Source of the DNA: Macrostomum lignano
Taxonomy: Eukaryota
Direction: 5' to 3'
DNA: 64,000 nucleotides
NCBI GenBank assembly: GCA_002269645.1
Contig: NIVC01000814.1
Span: 376,806-440,805, forward strand
The position numbers were made by a program, and so were the translations under genes. The notes beneath the pieces are model-generated. The model searched no databases, was not told the DNA's origin, and saw only the letters and a list, made by a program, of their open reading frames with translations. This document shows, one piece after another, positions 61,748 through 64,000 of the stretch. The number at the start of each line of letters is the position of its first letter. The stretch's first letter is position 1.

Positions 61748-62342
61748 ATGTTTAACTTTTCTTATTATTTATTTTCCGTTTTAGCGACTTGTCCTATTAA
61801 TAGTTACTGCGAGTCTGAAGCTGCACCGTTTGAAAAATTTGATTTAAAGCAGACCAAACAGAAGCTACAGACCAGAAACCGGTTTTGCAAACTATTCCTA
61901 AGCCGACCAACAATGCTAAAGACAATTTATTCAAATGCTAAAATCCAACTTTATCCAGCAGGAAAACTAACTATATATGGCTGTAAATCAAATTCTCAGA
62001 TAGTCTCAGTTTTACGATTTATCAACGACACTATTAATTGTGTAGATTTTGATTCAGTAAAAATTCAGAGCAGTACCTATGTCGGCTTTATTGGTCATCT
62101 TTGGCCAAAATTCGGTTTCTCTAGTCTAAAAAGATATGCAGGCTACTATTCGAATTATCTGGTTGGATACGATGCAGAAAATTTCCCACAAGCAGTTTCT
62201 GTTAGATCAGCATCAAAACCAAGGCTTTTTTGTAACATATTTTTTTCGAAAAAGTTTGTTATTATGGGCGTTCGAAAACACTCATGAATTGAATAATATT
62301 CTTAACCATGTCAAGGATTTTTTAATCTCTGTTAATAACTAA
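61748..62342 (+). CDS. Divergent TATA-binding-protein-like gene, intronless, frameshift near the 3' end
   Basis: Two TBP repeats: AKIQLYPAGKLTIYGCKS and YDAENFPQAV...PRLFCNIFFSKKFVIMGVR; the C-terminal helix THELNNILNHVKDFL continues in another frame (to 62342). Confidence 0.7.
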
Positions 62343-62564
62343 ACTTAACAAGTAAACAATTGCTGTCAAATCGCAGTTGCGATGCATTCTTTTACAAACA
62401 TTTTGTCTTTTTTTTTTATTTACCAATTGTTTTCTCTAATAGTAAACGTGTCAGCTATACCTATAACTAACCAAATCATCATTTTTCTTACAGCCGCAAA
62501 TGACAAACCGGATCATCTATTAATATTATGCTCGATACGCTCGTTGTCGAGCTAGGTGCACACA

Positions 62565-63650
62565 ATGCCGCGTGCACAATGCCAAATCTGCAGAAAAAAG
62601 TTCAGTAATCAAGCCGAGCTGCATGCTCACTCGCATGGTGCTTGTTTTTCACCGCAACGATTACTGACGGCGGATCGCTGCAAAACCTGATCGAAAACCC
62701 ACCAGATGGGTGGTCCATCGCTTTGCGCGAGTCAGCTCATCGTGGTCGGGTAAATTTTGTCGAATTTACTCCCACTCTTGAACAACAAGGCAACAGCTCT
62801 GGCGAGTTACTTCCTGGCGAGTTGATTGCGTCTTTAAGAGAACCAATATTTAAAATATTGGAAAAAATTGGCTCACCCAGTTTATTAATAAGAGTCTGCT
62901 TTCACTTGAAAGTGACACTATTTCGACCGAAACAGCAGCAGACGACAACGATGGCTCGAGCAGCGAAGAGATCATTTCGGTCTATTTTAATACCAACATT
63001 GCGACAATATCATTTGATGAGACGATTGCAAACAGTGACATGCTGTTATCTCCCGAGGCCTACAATGACTGGTTCGCACGCGTTATTAATCAGTTGTTAA
63101 TAAAAATTGACAATTTTCAATCTCGAGGTAGTAATTGGCAATATAGAGCAATCGAGCAGCTAGACTTGATGCTCTGGCGTTTATCGCAAAAGCCATGCAA
63201 GCACACTGTCAACAAATACGTCCCACGGTGGTGTGGGGGGCGGCGGCAGTGGTGGTGGTGGCGGCGGTGGTGGTGGTGGTGGTGGGGCGGTGGTGGTGGT
63301 GGTGGTGGCGGCGGCGGCGGCGGCGCGGCGGGCGGGGAGTCCGGTCCAGTCCGGTCCGGTCCAGTCCGGTCCGGTCTGGTTAAGCAGCAATCGTTTAAAG
63401 TTCCAGTCTCAATCGGTCGCAAAGCTGGCAGTACTGCTTCTAAAGCCGCACAGAGCAGTTTAAAGCATCAAGACTATTTAAGAGTCTTACACAAGTGACA
63501 ACTTGTGTTTTCGCGCATGCAGTCCATTCGTTCTCGAAAACAGAAAGTTTTTTTTTGATGCAACAAAGAAAACTTGCACTAAGCTTCTTCGATACGAAGC
63601 GATCCTGGACAAGTTCAATTAATTCGCTACCCTTTGGACACTGGCACTTG
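62565..63650 (+). pseudogene. Polinton/Maverick-type PolB-like relic: C2H2 finger, N-terminal GSxW domain, C-terminal thumb; core deleted
   Basis: CQICRKKFSNQAELHAHSH (from 62565); RESAHRGRV...IRVCFHLKVTLF; KIDNFQSRGSNWQY...NKYVP..GG; then GLVKQQSFKV...RKAGST...LKHQDYLRVLHK*QLVFSRMQSIRSRKQKVFF. Several frameshifts and an in-frame TGA. Confidence 0.6.
63228..63375. repeat. (GGT/GGC)n plus (GTCCG)n microsatellite at the PolB deletion junction
   Basis: Directly visible. Confidence 0.9.
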
Positions 63651-63955
63651 GCTAATTAATTAACAATATGCTCTGATCTCTTTTGTTGTACAAAGTAATA
63701 GCATGCTATAGAAGACTGTAACCCATCATTAATTTTTTCATTGATCATTATTTACAATAAATAAATGATACCGGCATTCGTTTAAATTATAATTTTAGCA
63801 CTTTTTTAATTGTGTTTAATTATTTGAAAAAGTATATTTTTTATAGTTAGATTCTCAAGACTAAGCTTGTGTTTGTAGTAGACGTAAATGTAGTGCTATC
63901 GTTCATGTTTCAAGAAAAAAAACTTTTTTTTAAACTTTCAGCTACAAGAATCGAC

Positions 63956-64000
63956 ATGAATCCCGAGCAGCAGCAGCAACAACAACTAACTGATCGTAAG
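63956..64000 (+). CDS. Possible 5' end of another gene (MNPEQQQQQQLTDRK...), runs off the window
   Basis: ATG 15 nt after a polypyrimidine CTTTCAG acceptor (63940-63941); only 15 codons visible. Confidence 0.3.
   Translation, partial: MNPEQQQQQQLTDRK

Noticed and set aside
61783-61850. SL-AUG start for the TBP-like gene (M-RLVLLIVTASL...)
   Set aside because: Needs an extra frameshift, whereas ATG 61748 is already in frame with the TBP core.

Overview
Eukaryotic (animal) genomic DNA: GC-rich exons, AT-rich GT-AG introns and a different minisatellite in most introns and spacers. The overall style suggests a free-living flatworm such as Macrostomum, but that is inference and not shown by the sequence. 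All protein assignments come from manual motif recognition; no database search was run. Layout: (1) 3' end of FEM1B on the + strand (246-3088). (2) Ten consecutive minus-strand genes over about 36 kb (RAB3GAP1, TRAPPC3, SPPL2, ZDHHC6, prag01-like, EPSTI1-like, CHMP1A, RAMAC, METTL5, an orphan). Several have a 3' splice acceptor just before the ATG, and two (METTL5, ZDHHC6) have no in-frame ATG but would be completed in frame by an AUG-terminated spliced leader, so this is a candidate trans-spliced operon. (3) A transposon field at 42-57 kb: Helitron-like repeat carriers, a hAT-like MITE containing a long-TIR mariner that itself contains an 8-bp-TSD MITE, a TAA-TSD element and a foldback MITE, plus a KH-like/polyQ gene. 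(4) A + strand virus-like module at 58-64 kb: an intron-containing NCLDV/T7-type SSB-like gene, a divergent TBP-like gene, and a zinc-finger plus Polinton-type PolB relic lacking its catalytic core.
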